Source: an uncultured Candidatus Saccharibacteria bacterium
GTDB lineage: Bacteria; Patescibacteriota; Minisyncoccia; Phycocordibacterales; G965230995
Reading direction: 5' to 3'
Length of the DNA: 64,000 bases
NCBI GenBank assembly: GCA_965230995.1
Contig: OZ246398.1
Coordinates: forward strand, 592,213 to 656,212
The notes under the pieces are model-generated. The model did no database searches. It saw only the letters and a list, made by a program, of their open reading frames with translations, and had not been told where the DNA came from. Each line of letters opens with the position of its first letter. The stretch's first letter is position 1. Both the position numbers and the translations under genes were made by a program. Positions 19,315 to 29,205 of the stretch are shown here, piece by piece.

Positions 19315-20436
19315 ATGATAAAAATAGTTCTTACAGGCGGAGGTACTGGTGGTCATTTCTACCCACTAATTGCTGTAGCCGAAAAACTAAAGAAAGTTTT
19401 TTCTGAAAAGGGAGTAAATGATTTCCAAATGTATTTTTTGTCACCTAGCGCCATGGATGAATCATTGCTTTCAAAGAACAATATAATATTCAAAAAAATA
19501 ATCTCTGGAAAAATCAGACTCTATCCATCGATACAAAATATTATTGATATAATAAAAATGCCCTTTGCTATTATTCAGGCTATTTTTGTAATGTTTAAAA
19601 TCTATCCTGATGTTGTTTTCTCTAAGGGGGGGTTTGGCGCTTTTCCAATTGTTTTTGCCTCTAGACTACTTTTTATTCCTGTAGTTATGCATGAATCTGA
19701 TACAGTACCCGGAAAAGTTAATTTATTTACAGGGAAATTTGCAAAAAGAATTGCCGTATCATATCCAGAGACAGGAAAATATTTTCCACTTGAGCGAGTC
19801 GCAAATACAGGACAACCCATAAGAGAAAGCGTACAGGACGGGGAAGGGACACCATCGAGCGAGATTGTTTTGGACGAAAAACTGCCGTTGATTTTTGTGA
19901 TTGGGGGATCACAGGGTTCGCAGATAATAAATGAAAATATATTGGGAGGGTTAGTAGAATTACTCAAAAGATACCAGATAGTACACCAAACCGGCGACCA
20001 AAATTTGAATGATGTAAAAATGATGGCAGACTATTTGCTCAAGGATAATATATTTAAAAATAACTACCACCCAATAGCATTCTTATCTGGTGAAAATCAG
20101 GCTTATTATGGCAAAAAATCTACAGTTGTGATTTCTAGAGCTGGCTCTGCAATTTTTGAAATTGCCGGTTGGGGAGTACCATCTATCATTATCCCCATAA
20201 CAGATTCAAACGGTGATCACCAAAGAAGAAATGCATTTTCATATGCAAGAAAAGGTGGTGCGATTGTTATCGAGGAGCGAAACCTCACATCAAATATTCT
20301 TGTATCAACAATAGATAGAATAATTTCGAATCCAGAAATAAATATCACAATGAAAAAAAGTGCATCATCATCCAGCACACCTGGGGCGTCGCTTTTGATT
20401 GCAAATGAAATAGCTAAAATTGCTTTGTCACATTAA
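19315..20436 (+). CDS. murG: UDP-GlcNAc:lipid I GlcNAc transferase.
   Basis: GGGTGGHFYP N-terminal motif and GT28 layout. Confidence 0.85.
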   Translation: MIKIVLTGGGTGGHFYPLIAVAEKLKKVFSEKGVNDFQMYFLSPSAMDESLLSKNNIIFKKIISGKIRLYPSIQNIIDIIKMPFAIIQAIFVMFKIYPDVVFSKGGFGAFPIVFASRLLFIPVVMHESDTVPGKVNLFTGKFAKRIAVSYPETGKYFPLERVANTGQPIRESVQDGEGTPSSEIVLDEKLPLIFVIGGSQGSQIINENILGGLVELLKRYQIVHQTGDQNLNDVKMMADYLLKDNIFKNNYHPIAFLSGENQAYYGKKSTVVISRAGSAIFEIAGWGVPSIIIPITDSNGDHQRRNAFSYARKGGAIVIEERNLTSNILVSTIDRIISNPEINITMKKSASSSSTPGASLLIANEIAKIALSH

Positions 20437-20438
20437 TT

Positions 20439-21737
20439 ATGATTTTAGAAAAAATAATCAATAAACATAAAGCAGTTTCGATATTAATATCAATATCTGT
20501 AATATTTGGTTTATTTTTTTCCGCCAGTCCAACCGTTAAATCTGAAACCATCGATGAATTACGAAGACAAATAAACGAAACCAATAACGAAAAAGCAAGA
20601 ATCGAAGAAGAGATAGAAAAATACAAAAAGGAATTAAACGAGGTTGGTGCAGAAAAAGACACTTTGGCTAACAAAATTAAGCTCCTTGAAACCACACAAA
20701 AAAAATTAAATGCTGATATTTCTCTAACACAAAACAAAATAAATTCTGCTAGTTTTACTATTGCAGAATTACAAGGTGAAGTAAAAAAGACAGAAAAAAA
20801 AATTGATAACAATAATATGGCGATTGCAAAAACGATCCGCAATATTAATATGATTGAGAATGTCTCTTTTATAGAAATTATCCTTACGAAAGATTCTCGC
20901 GATGTTTGGAACGAGATTGGCTCTCTCGAACAGCTTCAAAATGGATTACGAACGAATGTCTCTGAGTTACAAAATCAAAAAGAACTTTACATAAAACAAA
21001 AAGCAGAACAAGAAGCAAAAAAGAAAGAGCTTCAGGAATTACAAAACGAACTAGGGGACAGAAAACAAATTGTTGATTTAAATAAAAAAGAGCAGAACAC
21101 ATTACTTACAGAAACAGCAAACAAGGAAACTGAGTACAAAAGAATATTAGCTGAAAAAGAATCACTCAGAAAGAAATTTGAGCAAGAATTAGAGGAATAC
21201 GAAAATCAGATTAGTTACATATTAAACCCTTCAAAATTGCCACCGGCAGGCTCTGGTGTTCTTTCATGGCCACTCGACAAGGTCTATATAACACAAAATT
21301 TTGGCGTAACATCAGCATCAGGTAGATTGTACGCATCCGGAAGCCATAATGGTGTAGATTTTAGAGCTCCAATCGGTACCAGAGTCCTTTCTGCAGGTGA
21401 TGGATTTATTGTTGGAACGGGGGATACTGACGTTCAAAAAGGTTGCTATTCTTACGGAAAATGGGTTCTTGTAGAACATCCGAACGGACTTTCTACTGTT
21501 TATGGTCACTTAAGCAGAATTCCAGACAATATAATTCCAGGAAAAAAAGTTAAGGCCGGTGACGTGATAGCATATTCTGGAAGTAGCGGATATTCTACCG
21601 GTCCACATCTCCATTTGTCAGTTTTTGCACCTGGAGGCGTACAGATAGGAAGAAATGTAAATAGTAAATATTGCAAAAACGTTTCCATACCGCTTGCAAG
21701 CACAAAAGCATATTTGGATCCTCTTTTGTATTTATAA
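20439..21737 (+). CDS. M23 peptidoglycan DD-metalloendopeptidase with an N-terminal coiled coil (EnvC-like).
   Basis: HNGVDF, GHLS and GPHLHLSV zinc motifs. Confidence 0.8.
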   Translation: MILEKIINKHKAVSILISISVIFGLFFSASPTVKSETIDELRRQINETNNEKARIEEEIEKYKKELNEVGAEKDTLANKIKLLETTQKKLNADISLTQNKINSASFTIAELQGEVKKTEKKIDNNNMAIAKTIRNINMIENVSFIEIILTKDSRDVWNEIGSLEQLQNGLRTNVSELQNQKELYIKQKAEQEAKKKELQELQNELGDRKQIVDLNKKEQNTLLTETANKETEYKRILAEKESLRKKFEQELEEYENQISYILNPSKLPPAGSGVLSWPLDKVYITQNFGVTSASGRLYASGSHNGVDFRAPIGTRVLSAGDGFIVGTGDTDVQKGCYSYGKWVLVEHPNGLSTVYGHLSRIPDNIIPGKKVKAGDVIAYSGSSGYSTGPHLHLSVFAPGGVQIGRNVNSKYCKNVSIPLASTKAYLDPLLYL

Positions 21738-21761
21738 TATTAAAATTATATAATTCTATAT

Positions 21762-22055
21762 ATGAAAAAAGACCAAAGGGGATTTCTACAAATAATAATC
21801 GTTATAATTATTGCTCTCGCACTTCTCAAATTTGTATTTGATTTTAATATTATAGATTTTATCAAAAAGCCAAAGGTAGCCGAGACTATTAGCTACATCT
21901 GGAACGACATTATTTTATTCCTTTGGAATAACTACATTGAGGGACCGTTTTTCTGGGCATTTAAAAATGTAAAACTTCTTGCAAAAATCGGCTGGGAGAA
22001 TTTTATATTTGTTCTAGATAAAATAAAAGAAATAATAATCGAAATAAAAAAGTAG
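21762..22055 (+). CDS. Small membrane protein (hypothetical).
   Basis: Two hydrophobic segments. Weak call. Confidence 0.3.
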   Translation: MKKDQRGFLQIIIVIIIALALLKFVFDFNIIDFIKKPKVAETISYIWNDIILFLWNNYIEGPFFWAFKNVKLLAKIGWENFIFVLDKIKEIIIEIKK

Positions 22056-22205
22056 TTTTTCAAAATTTTATTTTTAGTAGGGGACAAAAATTTTGCATTT
22101 TAACAGAATACTATCTCTAATCTAGAAAAGAACCTTCGACTAGGCATTTATCATTTATAGCCAAAAAACGAGCTCAAAACTGAGCTAGGACGAATTCAAG
22201 GAAAG

Positions 22206-22237
22206 ACAGATGACTACTTAGTCATCTTCTTTTTATT
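22206..22237 (+). terminator. Rho-independent terminator.
   Basis: agatgacta/tagtcatct stem followed by a T-run. Confidence 0.55.
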
Positions 22238-22442
22238 TAAAAATTCAATTTATTGAATATTTAAAAAATTTTAGAGAAAAATGATTTTGCTAGTCGGATA
22301 GAGAGTGAAGGGAATTAAAATAATTATTTATTTAGATAAATTATTATTTTAATATTAATATTTTTTATTTATTTAATTAGAGGGAATATGTATTTGGCTC
22401 AATATTAATATAAATAATAACCCAGCCATATTCTTTATTTAT

Positions 22443-22471
22443 TGTGTCGCAAAAGATATATTGTGCGACAC
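22443..22471. promoter_or_regulatory. Perfect 9-bp inverted repeat TGTGTCGCA-N11-TGCGACACA in an AT-rich spacer.
   Basis: Isolated palindrome with no coding context. Candidate operator or recombination site. Confidence 0.35.
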
Positions 22472-22599
22472 ATATCTAGTATTCCCCTTTAATAAACTAG
22501 TGAGTGAATTAACGCAAAAATATTTTCTATAAATGGTTACTTATTAATTGTTTATCCCCCAAGTCCTCTGGCTTGGGGGAAATTTGTGCACGATATTGT

Positions 22600-23040
22600 T
22601 TAGTGTTGCAAGCACTTTCTTCCACCTCGAATGTAGCAGTTGTGATTGCCGTCATGACCAGAGACGAGGATCTGTACAACCTCACTCAAGAATGTACAGA
22701 AGCCCTCTGCGGATTGCACCGACTGCCCTCTCCATTCGATAACACCACCCGAAAAGAGCTTGATGTTATCTACCACGATTGAACGTCGAGAAAAGTCACC
22801 AGCATCAGACTCTCTTTCAATCAAGACCTCCTCGACACGGCAAATGCAAAGAGTCATTGATGGCGCATCGAAGATTCCTGGTTCCTCAGTATCACCGAGA
22901 AACCAGTTAAGGTCAGAAAGTGTCTTGCAGTGACGCATCCCATTAGACTCGATCGCCTTCACGATTCGAAGGGTTGAACTGGTCGCACCGACAAGAAGCT
23001 CAAGTGAAGCATCTTTTCTAACGATGTTGATTTCCATCAC
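22600..23040 (-). CDS. Hypothetical protein in a GC-rich island.
   Basis: GGGAG SD before a GTG/ATG start. No recognisable motifs. Confidence 0.45.
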   Translation of the reverse strand: MMEINIVRKDASLELLVGATSSTLRIVKAIESNGMRHCKTLSDLNWFLGDTEEPGIFDAPSMTLCICRVEEVLIERESDAGDFSRRSIVVDNIKLFSGGVIEWRGQSVQSAEGFCTFLSEVVQILVSGHDGNHNCYIRGGRKCLQH

Positions 23041-23256
23041 GTTAATGTCTCCCTTTGGGGGTATGGAGAAGTTTCAAGGTTCAGAACAAGAAGCTAGGAG
23101 ATATCCAAGACCTAATTATACACCCACCAGAATTTTATACAATCAATTAAAAGAATGGGGCTTCCTTCGCAATATATAACAAAACAATAAGGCCCGAGGG
23201 CGGCCTTATTGCCGACACTCGGGTCGTTGGTTGCCAATAGATATTGGCCCCTCTAC

Positions 23257-23589
23257 CTATGCAATCCGACTGCCTCGCTTCCTCGCCCCGAATCTAATAA
23301 CGGGCGGAAGCCCCTTTCTAAGGTCTGTGATGACCTTTCGAGACACGAGTGCCCTGAAAGCACAGTAGCCGACTGCTGTAAGTTGCAAAACAAAAAACAA
23401 GGCACAAATAATACTGATGATGATACCGTCCTCGATCTGAACAAAGACGTAGTACCAGTATCCGATAAAGACGAGTGTCTGTACATCAACGGATACCTCA
23501 GAAAGACGGCGCCGAAAGATAAAAACAAAACAGTACCAAGCCGCCACCGCAAGTGTCACGAAGGGTTGCAGAAGGATGTCGTTCAACAT
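23257..23589 (-). CDS. Small 3-TM membrane protein (holin-like size).
   Basis: AAGGAG SD 8 nt before the ATG (MLNDILL...). Three hydrophobic helices. The opposite-strand ORF 23209-23628 was judged spurious. Confidence 0.5.
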   Translation of the reverse strand: MLNDILLQPFVTLAVAAWYCFVFIFRRRLSEVSVDVQTLVFIGYWYYVFVQIEDGIIISIICALFFVLQLTAVGYCAFRALVSRKVITDLRKGLPPVIRFGARKRGSRIA

Positions 23590-23643
23590 GGCAAGGTTCT
23601 CCTTGGTTACAAAAGTACAATACAATAAATCAAGACAAAAAAC

Positions 23644-23676
23644 AAGACGCCCCGTAAGGGGCGTCTTGTTTTTTAT
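23644..23676. terminator. Bidirectional GC hairpin terminator.
   Basis: aagacgcccc-gtaa-ggggcgtctt, with T-runs on both strands. Confidence 0.65.
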
Positions 23677-24084
23677 TTAGTTAGAAGCAACTTGCAAAGA
23701 CTTTGACCAACACTTTGATGATGCGCTCCATGGCTGGAGACCTTGCTTATCATAAAGATATTTACCATAAGCGAGGTTACCCTCAAGTGTTTCGATATCA
23801 AGACCAAGCTTTTCAGCAGTCTTTCTGTGATAAAATTCGTTGATTTGCATCACTCCAATATCACGATTATCGACTTTTCCTCTTAGAACTTCACCTGAAG
23901 CTGTGAAGTGCGTAAGTGATGACTCACATTTCGCAACCTCAACTAGTACTGGTGTTTCCTTATAATACTGGATTACGATGTCCTTAGTATTTAGAGGAAT
24001 GTCTGTCTTTGTTGTTGATTCTGTCGAAGTGCCTTCTGTTACAGGTGCATTGTCATTTGGCAACGCGTTATTTCCTGTAAACAT
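23677..24084 (-). CDS. Transglycosylase-like (Rpf/lysozyme-like) domain protein without a signal peptide.
   Basis: AKCESS...GVMQIN...W..S.KCW pattern resembling the Rpf/transglycosylase-like catalytic core. No N-terminal hydrophobic segment. Confidence 0.5.
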   Translation of the reverse strand: MFTGNNALPNDNAPVTEGTSTESTTKTDIPLNTKDIVIQYYKETPVLVEVAKCESSLTHFTASGEVLRGKVDNRDIGVMQINEFYHRKTAEKLGLDIETLEGNLAYGKYLYDKQGLQPWSASSKCWSKSLQVASN

Positions 24085-24425
24085 CTGTGCGATACTAATT
24101 AATCCTAGAGCTGTGATGTAAAAAATACATGAAGCTTAGATGATAATTCAGAAAATATAAGGTAATTTGCCAGAGCTCGCGACCACTTTCGTTGTTTAGA
24201 GCCTTGGCAATTAAAAACACCAGCTGTTAACTGATGTACGTATATTGTAGCATACCCTACCCTGTTCTGTCAAGCTATTTTGTGTCTCAATTATATAAAA
24301 TACCTTTATTTATAGCCATATTTATTGTATAATTACCACGCTAAAAATATGCCTTTTTGTCAAAATCCACTAAAAAACACTCTACTTAAAAACTTCAGAG
24401 AAATTAACTGTTCCCTAGTAGTGAT

Positions 24426-24605
24426 TTATATTGCCATTCCAGTAGAAGCTACTGAATCTATACCCTGCGAAGCTATTGATAGCCCCTTTGTGACAATAGT
24501 TAGGAGACTTATGATAATATCCTGCCCTTGTGTAAATACATCTGGAGCAAATGCTCTGATCGCAACTAGCGCGATAATTAGACCGATGACTCGCAAAATA
24601 GGCAT
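24426..24605 (-). CDS. Possible 59-aa two-TM membrane peptide (holin-like).
   Basis: MPILRVIGLIIALVAIRAF...IIISLLTIVTKGLSIA. No clear SD. Competes with the + ORF 24325-24651. Confidence 0.2.
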   Translation of the reverse strand: MPILRVIGLIIALVAIRAFAPDVFTQGQDIIISLLTIVTKGLSIASQGIDSVASTGMAI

Positions 24606-24793
24606 ACTTTTTTGTCGAGGGGTCTTGTTATCGCGTCGACTAAACGCTTAGGGATAAATTCCCATACCCCTCTTCCCTACAAAGAATTATTTCCGTACAC
24701 GGAAGAGGGTCTTGTGCATTTAAATGAACGATTAATACATTATAGCCATCCATTTTTGAATGTCAATAGTTTTATAGCATATATGAGATAATC

Positions 24794-25375
24794 CTAGAAT
24801 CTAATAGGAAATTCCTTGAATTGTGGAAGCAGGTTTTTACCGTAGAGTAGCCTACTAAAAGCTTCTGCTTCGTATAATGCACCCGTTAAAGCGCTTGTGT
24901 GTGGTCTTGGTTCAGCTGGGATACCGACATAAGCCATTATCGAATCACTATCCAGAGCCGAGCGGTTTTTCATTACTGGATATTCTTTGCCTCTATTTGC
25001 AAGGTGCGTGATACAAACAGAATGTAGGTCAATGGTCCTTTTTGCAATTGTATTGTTAATTTTGTATCTCTCACAAGTAGCATTGAGAAAACCCATATCA
25101 AAAGCAGGGTTCTGTCCTGCCAGAGTATGATCTTCGGATTTCATTATGAATTTTAGAAACATAGACACTATTTCTTCGTCTGTAGGTAGGTCTTTGTTTT
25201 CTATATCAGAAAAACCATTGTAATCTAGGGCGTCCTTGTCTACCTTTGCACCCTCAAATAGTCTGCATTTCATATCAAAAGTCCTAGTACAATCAAGGGT
25301 ATCTATTGCCCCAATTGCTAGAATTCCGTGTTGGTATGGGTTTGTACCCGATGTTTCTATATCTACTACTATCAT
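24794..25375 (-). CDS. DEDDh 3'-5' exonuclease (DnaQ/epsilon-like).
   Basis: Exo I VVDIETSG, Exo II, and Exo III HSALTGALYEAEAF motifs. Confidence 0.75.
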   Translation of the reverse strand: MIVVDIETSGTNPYQHGILAIGAIDTLDCTRTFDMKCRLFEGAKVDKDALDYNGFSDIENKDLPTDEEIVSMFLKFIMKSEDHTLAGQNPAFDMGFLNATCERYKINNTIAKRTIDLHSVCITHLANRGKEYPVMKNRSALDSDSIMAYVGIPAEPRPHTSALTGALYEAEAFSRLLYGKNLLPQFKEFPIRF

Positions 25376-25596
25376 ATTTATTGGTTAGTTATTGTAATCG
25401 GCGTCTTTTCTGGTGTTTTGCTTGAAATCGCTGTGATTCTGCCTATTGCAAAGGAAAAAAGACAAAAAGACAGGAAGATTATTCCAATTAGTATTTCCCT
25501 ACTGGGCAGCCTGCTGGGGATATTGCTTTTTTCATCATTATTATGTATACTCATCCCCATACATTTTAACATTATTCAGGAAAGAAACTAGGGACC

Positions 25597-25869
25597 ATGG
25601 CAACAAAAAAATCAGGTGGAACAGTCAAAAACGGCCGAGATTCAAATCCAAAATATTTGGGTATTAAGGTTAATAATGGAGCAAAAGCATCTGCTGGCTC
25701 TATTATAGTTAGACAAAGAGGAACAAAATTCATCGCCGGAAAGAACGTAGAAATGGGAAAGGATAATACTATTTTTGCAGTGAAAGAAGGTATTGTTTCT
25801 ATCACAGACAAGAGAAAGAAACATTTTGACAACACTACTGTCTCGAGAAAATTGGTAGAGGTTAAATAA
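25597..25869 (+). CDS. rpmA: 50S ribosomal protein L27.
   Basis: [21 protein letters not shown]...[10 protein letters not shown]. Confidence 0.9.
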   Translation: MATKKSGGTVKNGRDSNPKYLGIKVNNGAKASAGSIIVRQRGTKFIAGKNVEMGKDNTIFAVKEGIVSITDKRKKHFDNTTVSRKLVEVK

Positions 25870-25877
25870 ATAAACAC

Positions 25878-25922
25878 AAAAGAAAAATCCCGCTTTTGCG
25901 GGATTTTTCTTTTGTGTTTATT
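25878..25922. terminator. Bidirectional terminator formed by a perfect 20-bp palindrome.
   Basis: acacaaaagaaaaatcccgc/gcgggatttttcttttgtgt, lying between the convergent rpmA and rplI genes. Confidence 0.75.
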
Positions 25923-26361
25923 TTGCTTCTACAATGAGTTTGAATTTTGTCTCTACCTTGCCGGCTTTAACCTCGATTTCGTATTCTCCGACTTCTTTGA
26001 TTGGTTTTTCAAGAATAACGAAATCTGGATCTAGAACTAGGCCTGTCTGCTTTTCAAGTTCTGCAAGCAATTCTGATTTATGTATTCCAGCGAATAAATG
26101 ACCTTTTTCGTTTACTTTGTCTGACATTCTTACGGTAGCTGTTTTTATGTCTTCAACGTTTTTCTCGAGTAAATCTGCTTGAATTTGCTTCTCTGTAACA
26201 TTATTCTTCTTTTCTAGTTCTGCCCACTTTATTTTACCTTCTGTTGCCTGTACTGCCTTTTTCTGTGGAATAAGGAAATTAAGAGCATGTCCGTTTGCCA
26301 CTTCGACTACATCATATTTCTTCCCGATACTTCGTACATCTGCAAGTAATACAACTTTCAT
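25918..26361 (-). CDS. rplI: 50S ribosomal protein L9.
   Basis: MKVVLLADVRSIGKKYDVVEVANGHALNFLIP. Confidence 0.9.
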   Translation of the reverse strand: MKVVLLADVRSIGKKYDVVEVANGHALNFLIPQKKAVQATEGKIKWAELEKKNNVTEKQIQADLLEKNVEDIKTATVRMSDKVNEKGHLFAGIHKSELLAELEKQTGLVLDPDFVILEKPIKEVGEYEIEVKAGKVETKFKLIVEAK

Positions 26362-26401
26362 ATTTTTTCTTATTTATCCTTTATAGTTACTATTTCTACC
26401 A

Positions 26402-27682
26402 TTATTTCTTTAATATTTCAACCGCTTTTTCCATCTGAACATCTTTCTTGTTTTTTATATCTTCGTCTGAAAAATCAACGATATAGTCTGGCGTCAATCC
26501 ACCATCAGAGATAGAAAGACCGTTTGGTGTAAGCCACCTTGCAATGGTTACCTTTAGTGATGTGTCTCTCGTGATATCAACTAATTCCTGCACCGATCCC
26601 TTACCAAATGATTTTGATCCGACCAGTTTTGCAACTCCGTGTTCAGATAGTGCCCCAGCCAAAATTTCGCTTGCGGATGCAGAACCTTCATTTATAAGAA
26701 TAACAGTTTTGTAAATGTCTTTTTTAAATAGATTATATCCCCTGCTTCTGTATATTTCTTCTTTTCCGTTACCAAAATCCTCTCTTAGGACAACTTCACC
26801 TTCTGGTAGAAACCAGCTTGCCATATCAACTGCAGCCTCGAGATAACCACCAGGATTGCCTCGTAAATCTATTATCAAATTTCGCTCTTTTGATTTTGCA
26901 AATTCCATAAGAGCCTCTTTGAATTTTGTTGCAGAGTTTTCAGAAAAACTATAGAGACTGATTACAAACACACCATCTTTTGTTTTGTGTTCTGTTTTTA
27001 TTACTGGAACCTCTATGTTATCTCGGATTATTTTTATATCGATTATTTCAGATTCCTTTCTGGCAACAGAAAGAACTACAGTAGTACCTCTTTCACCACG
27101 TATTTTTGTAATTGCGGATTCTACGGAAAGTCCTTGGGCGCTTTTGCCGTCAATTGAAACGATAATATCTTCTGGTAAAAGTCCTGCCTTTTCTGCTGGG
27201 GAATTTTTTAGTGGACTCACGACGACAATACTTCCATCTTTTGCAGAAAGTTCTGCTCCAATACCACTAAAACTACCGCTGATTTCTTCAGAAAAAGCCT
27301 TGGCATCTTCTGGAGGAAAGAAAACAGTATGTGGATCTCCAAGAGAAGCCGTCATTCCTTTTATTGCACCCCAAACTCTGTCTTGATCAGAAATATTTTG
27401 AGTCGATGATGATGTTGCTATAAATTTTTCATCTAGCACGTTCCACGCTTTCCAGAAAGGAGCAAAATCAATTGCGTTTGGAGAAATATTTTTTGCTTCA
27501 GTATTTTTTAAAGTTGGAACAGAAAATTCTTTATATGTATTGTGTGTCCCGAGAGAATATCCTCCAAAAAAAGAAATTCCGATCACAATAATGACCAAAA
27601 AAGAAATTATGGAATATTTTGTTGTTAGATCATTATCGTTCATTTGTTTTGCTATTATCTCAAAGTATAAGCCGACGGTCAA
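26402..27682 (-). CDS. ctpA: Carboxyl-terminal processing protease (S41) with a PDZ domain.
   Basis: GNPGGYL motif, PDZ domain and a TM anchor. Confidence 0.8.
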   Translation of the reverse strand: MTVGLYFEIIAKQMNDNDLTTKYSIISFLVIIVIGISFFGGYSLGTHNTYKEFSVPTLKNTEAKNISPNAIDFAPFWKAWNVLDEKFIATSSSTQNISDQDRVWGAIKGMTASLGDPHTVFFPPEDAKAFSEEISGSFSGIGAELSAKDGSIVVVSPLKNSPAEKAGLLPEDIIVSIDGKSAQGLSVESAITKIRGERGTTVVLSVARKESEIIDIKIIRDNIEVPVIKTEHKTKDGVFVISLYSFSENSATKFKEALMEFAKSKERNLIIDLRGNPGGYLEAAVDMASWFLPEGEVVLREDFGNGKEEIYRSRGYNLFKKDIYKTVILINEGSASASEILAGALSEHGVAKLVGSKSFGKGSVQELVDITRDTSLKVTIARWLTPNGLSISDGGLTPDYIVDFSDEDIKNKKDVQMEKAVEILKK

Positions 27683-27730
27683 ACAAATATTTTCTCTTCT
27701 TTAAATTTTGGAAACTGCTATAATCTCAAT

Positions 27731-29128
27731 ATGTCAATATATTTCTGGAATACATTAACAAAAAGAAAAGACGAACTAAAACCTGTTAAAAAAGGCGTAG
27801 TTTCAATGTATCATTGCGGGCCAACTGTATACAATTATGCTCATATTGGAAATATAATCTCATATATTTTTGCGGATACAATAAGGCGTGTTGCTGAATA
27901 CAATGGCTATAAAGTAAATCAGGTTATAAACATAACCGATTTTGGCCATATTGTGAGCGATGCTGATTCAGGAGAAGACAAAATGATGACTGGATTAAAG
28001 AGAGAAGGCTTACCTGTTTCTATGGAAGGGCTAAAAATCTTGTCTTCAAAATACACAGATGCATTCGTAAATGATCTAAAATCACTCAATATAAAATTGC
28101 CGACACATATGCCTCTCGCAACCGAGCATATTAATGAATATATCAAACTGATAGAAAAACTTTTTGAAAAAAGTCTAGCCTACGATACCGAAACGGCAAT
28201 ATATTTTGACACAGAAAAAATTGATGATTACGGAAGACTTGGTGGACTTTCACCAGTAATGCAGAGTAGGCTTGATGATAAAGAAAAAAAGAGATCACCT
28301 CGAGATTTTGCACTGTGGAAAAAGAGTAACGAATTTGGCTGGAAAAGCCCTTGGGGACAAGGCTTTCCAGGCTGGCATATAGAATGTTCAGCAATGTCGA
28401 TGAAATATCTCGGCGATACATTTGATATTCACACTGGTGGAATTGATCATATTCCAGTTCATCACAATAACGAAATAGCGCAATCCGAGCACGCAACAGG
28501 AAAACCATTTGCAAATATTTGGATGCACAAAGCATTCGTAACGCTAAACAGCCAAAAAATTGCAAAATCAACCGGAAATACTTTTTTTGTGAAAGATTTA
28601 ACAAAAAGCAATGTCCATCCCCTATCACTACGATATTGGACGCTACTTTCTCATTACAAAACAGAAACAGATTTTACCATCGAAGCAGTAAAATCAGTAC
28701 AAACTGCATTTGAAAATCTTGTCCAAGAATTAATTGGTGTACCGAACACTGGAAATATTTCTGTTTCTGCAAAAGAAAAATTCCTCCAAGCAGTAAACGA
28801 TGATTTAAATACTCCAGAAGCAATTGCTATAATGTGGAATCTTTTGAAAGACAATTCAATTTCAATCGAAGACAAGAAAGCAACCATTTTTGATTTCGAT
28901 CAGGTTCTCGGACTTGGCATAAAAGAAATTGTTGAAAAAAATGAAAACGAATTATCAAAAATAAACACTCACATTTCTAATTTGCTCGAAAGAAGAAAAA
29001 TTGCTCGCGAGAGACAGGACTGGGCTGAATCTGACCAAATAAGAGATTTGCTAAAAGACCATGGTTTTGTTGTTAGAGACACAAATGAGGGTCAAAAAAT
29101 CCTTTTATCAAGGCCTCTTTTTGCGTAA
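27731..29128 (+). CDS. cysS: Cysteinyl-tRNA synthetase.
   Basis: HCGPTVYNYAHIGN (HIGH) and KIAKSTGN (KMSKS). Confidence 0.9.
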   Translation: MSIYFWNTLTKRKDELKPVKKGVVSMYHCGPTVYNYAHIGNIISYIFADTIRRVAEYNGYKVNQVINITDFGHIVSDADSGEDKMMTGLKREGLPVSMEGLKILSSKYTDAFVNDLKSLNIKLPTHMPLATEHINEYIKLIEKLFEKSLAYDTETAIYFDTEKIDDYGRLGGLSPVMQSRLDDKEKKRSPRDFALWKKSNEFGWKSPWGQGFPGWHIECSAMSMKYLGDTFDIHTGGIDHIPVHHNNEIAQSEHATGKPFANIWMHKAFVTLNSQKIAKSTGNTFFVKDLTKSNVHPLSLRYWTLLSHYKTETDFTIEAVKSVQTAFENLVQELIGVPNTGNISVSAKEKFLQAVNDDLNTPEAIAIMWNLLKDNSISIEDKKATIFDFDQVLGLGIKEIVEKNENELSKINTHISNLLERRKIARERQDWAESDQIRDLLKDHGFVVRDTNEGQKILLSRPLFA

Positions 29129-29205
29129 TTATCGTCCACAGGATATACACCTGTTGTTCTATTATTTTGCTTTTTGTAGCCTTGCCTCTGTGTTAGTATT
29201 TCTCT

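Noticed and set aside
23209-23628. 139-aa plus-strand ORF, and the 23253-23552 minus-strand ORF.
   Set aside because: Both overlap the 3-TM minus-strand ORF, which has a consensus AAGGAG SD and a protein-like hydropathy profile. The alternatives have no RBS and low-complexity composition.
24325-24651. 108-aa plus-strand ORF.
   Set aside because: Odd composition and no SD. The antisense 59-aa 2-TM peptide is marginally more protein-like, but both are weak.
25328-25591. 87-aa ORF between the exonuclease gene and rpmA.
   Set aside because: No RBS. It overlaps the exonuclease N-terminus antisense and the rpmA promoter region. Likely spurious.
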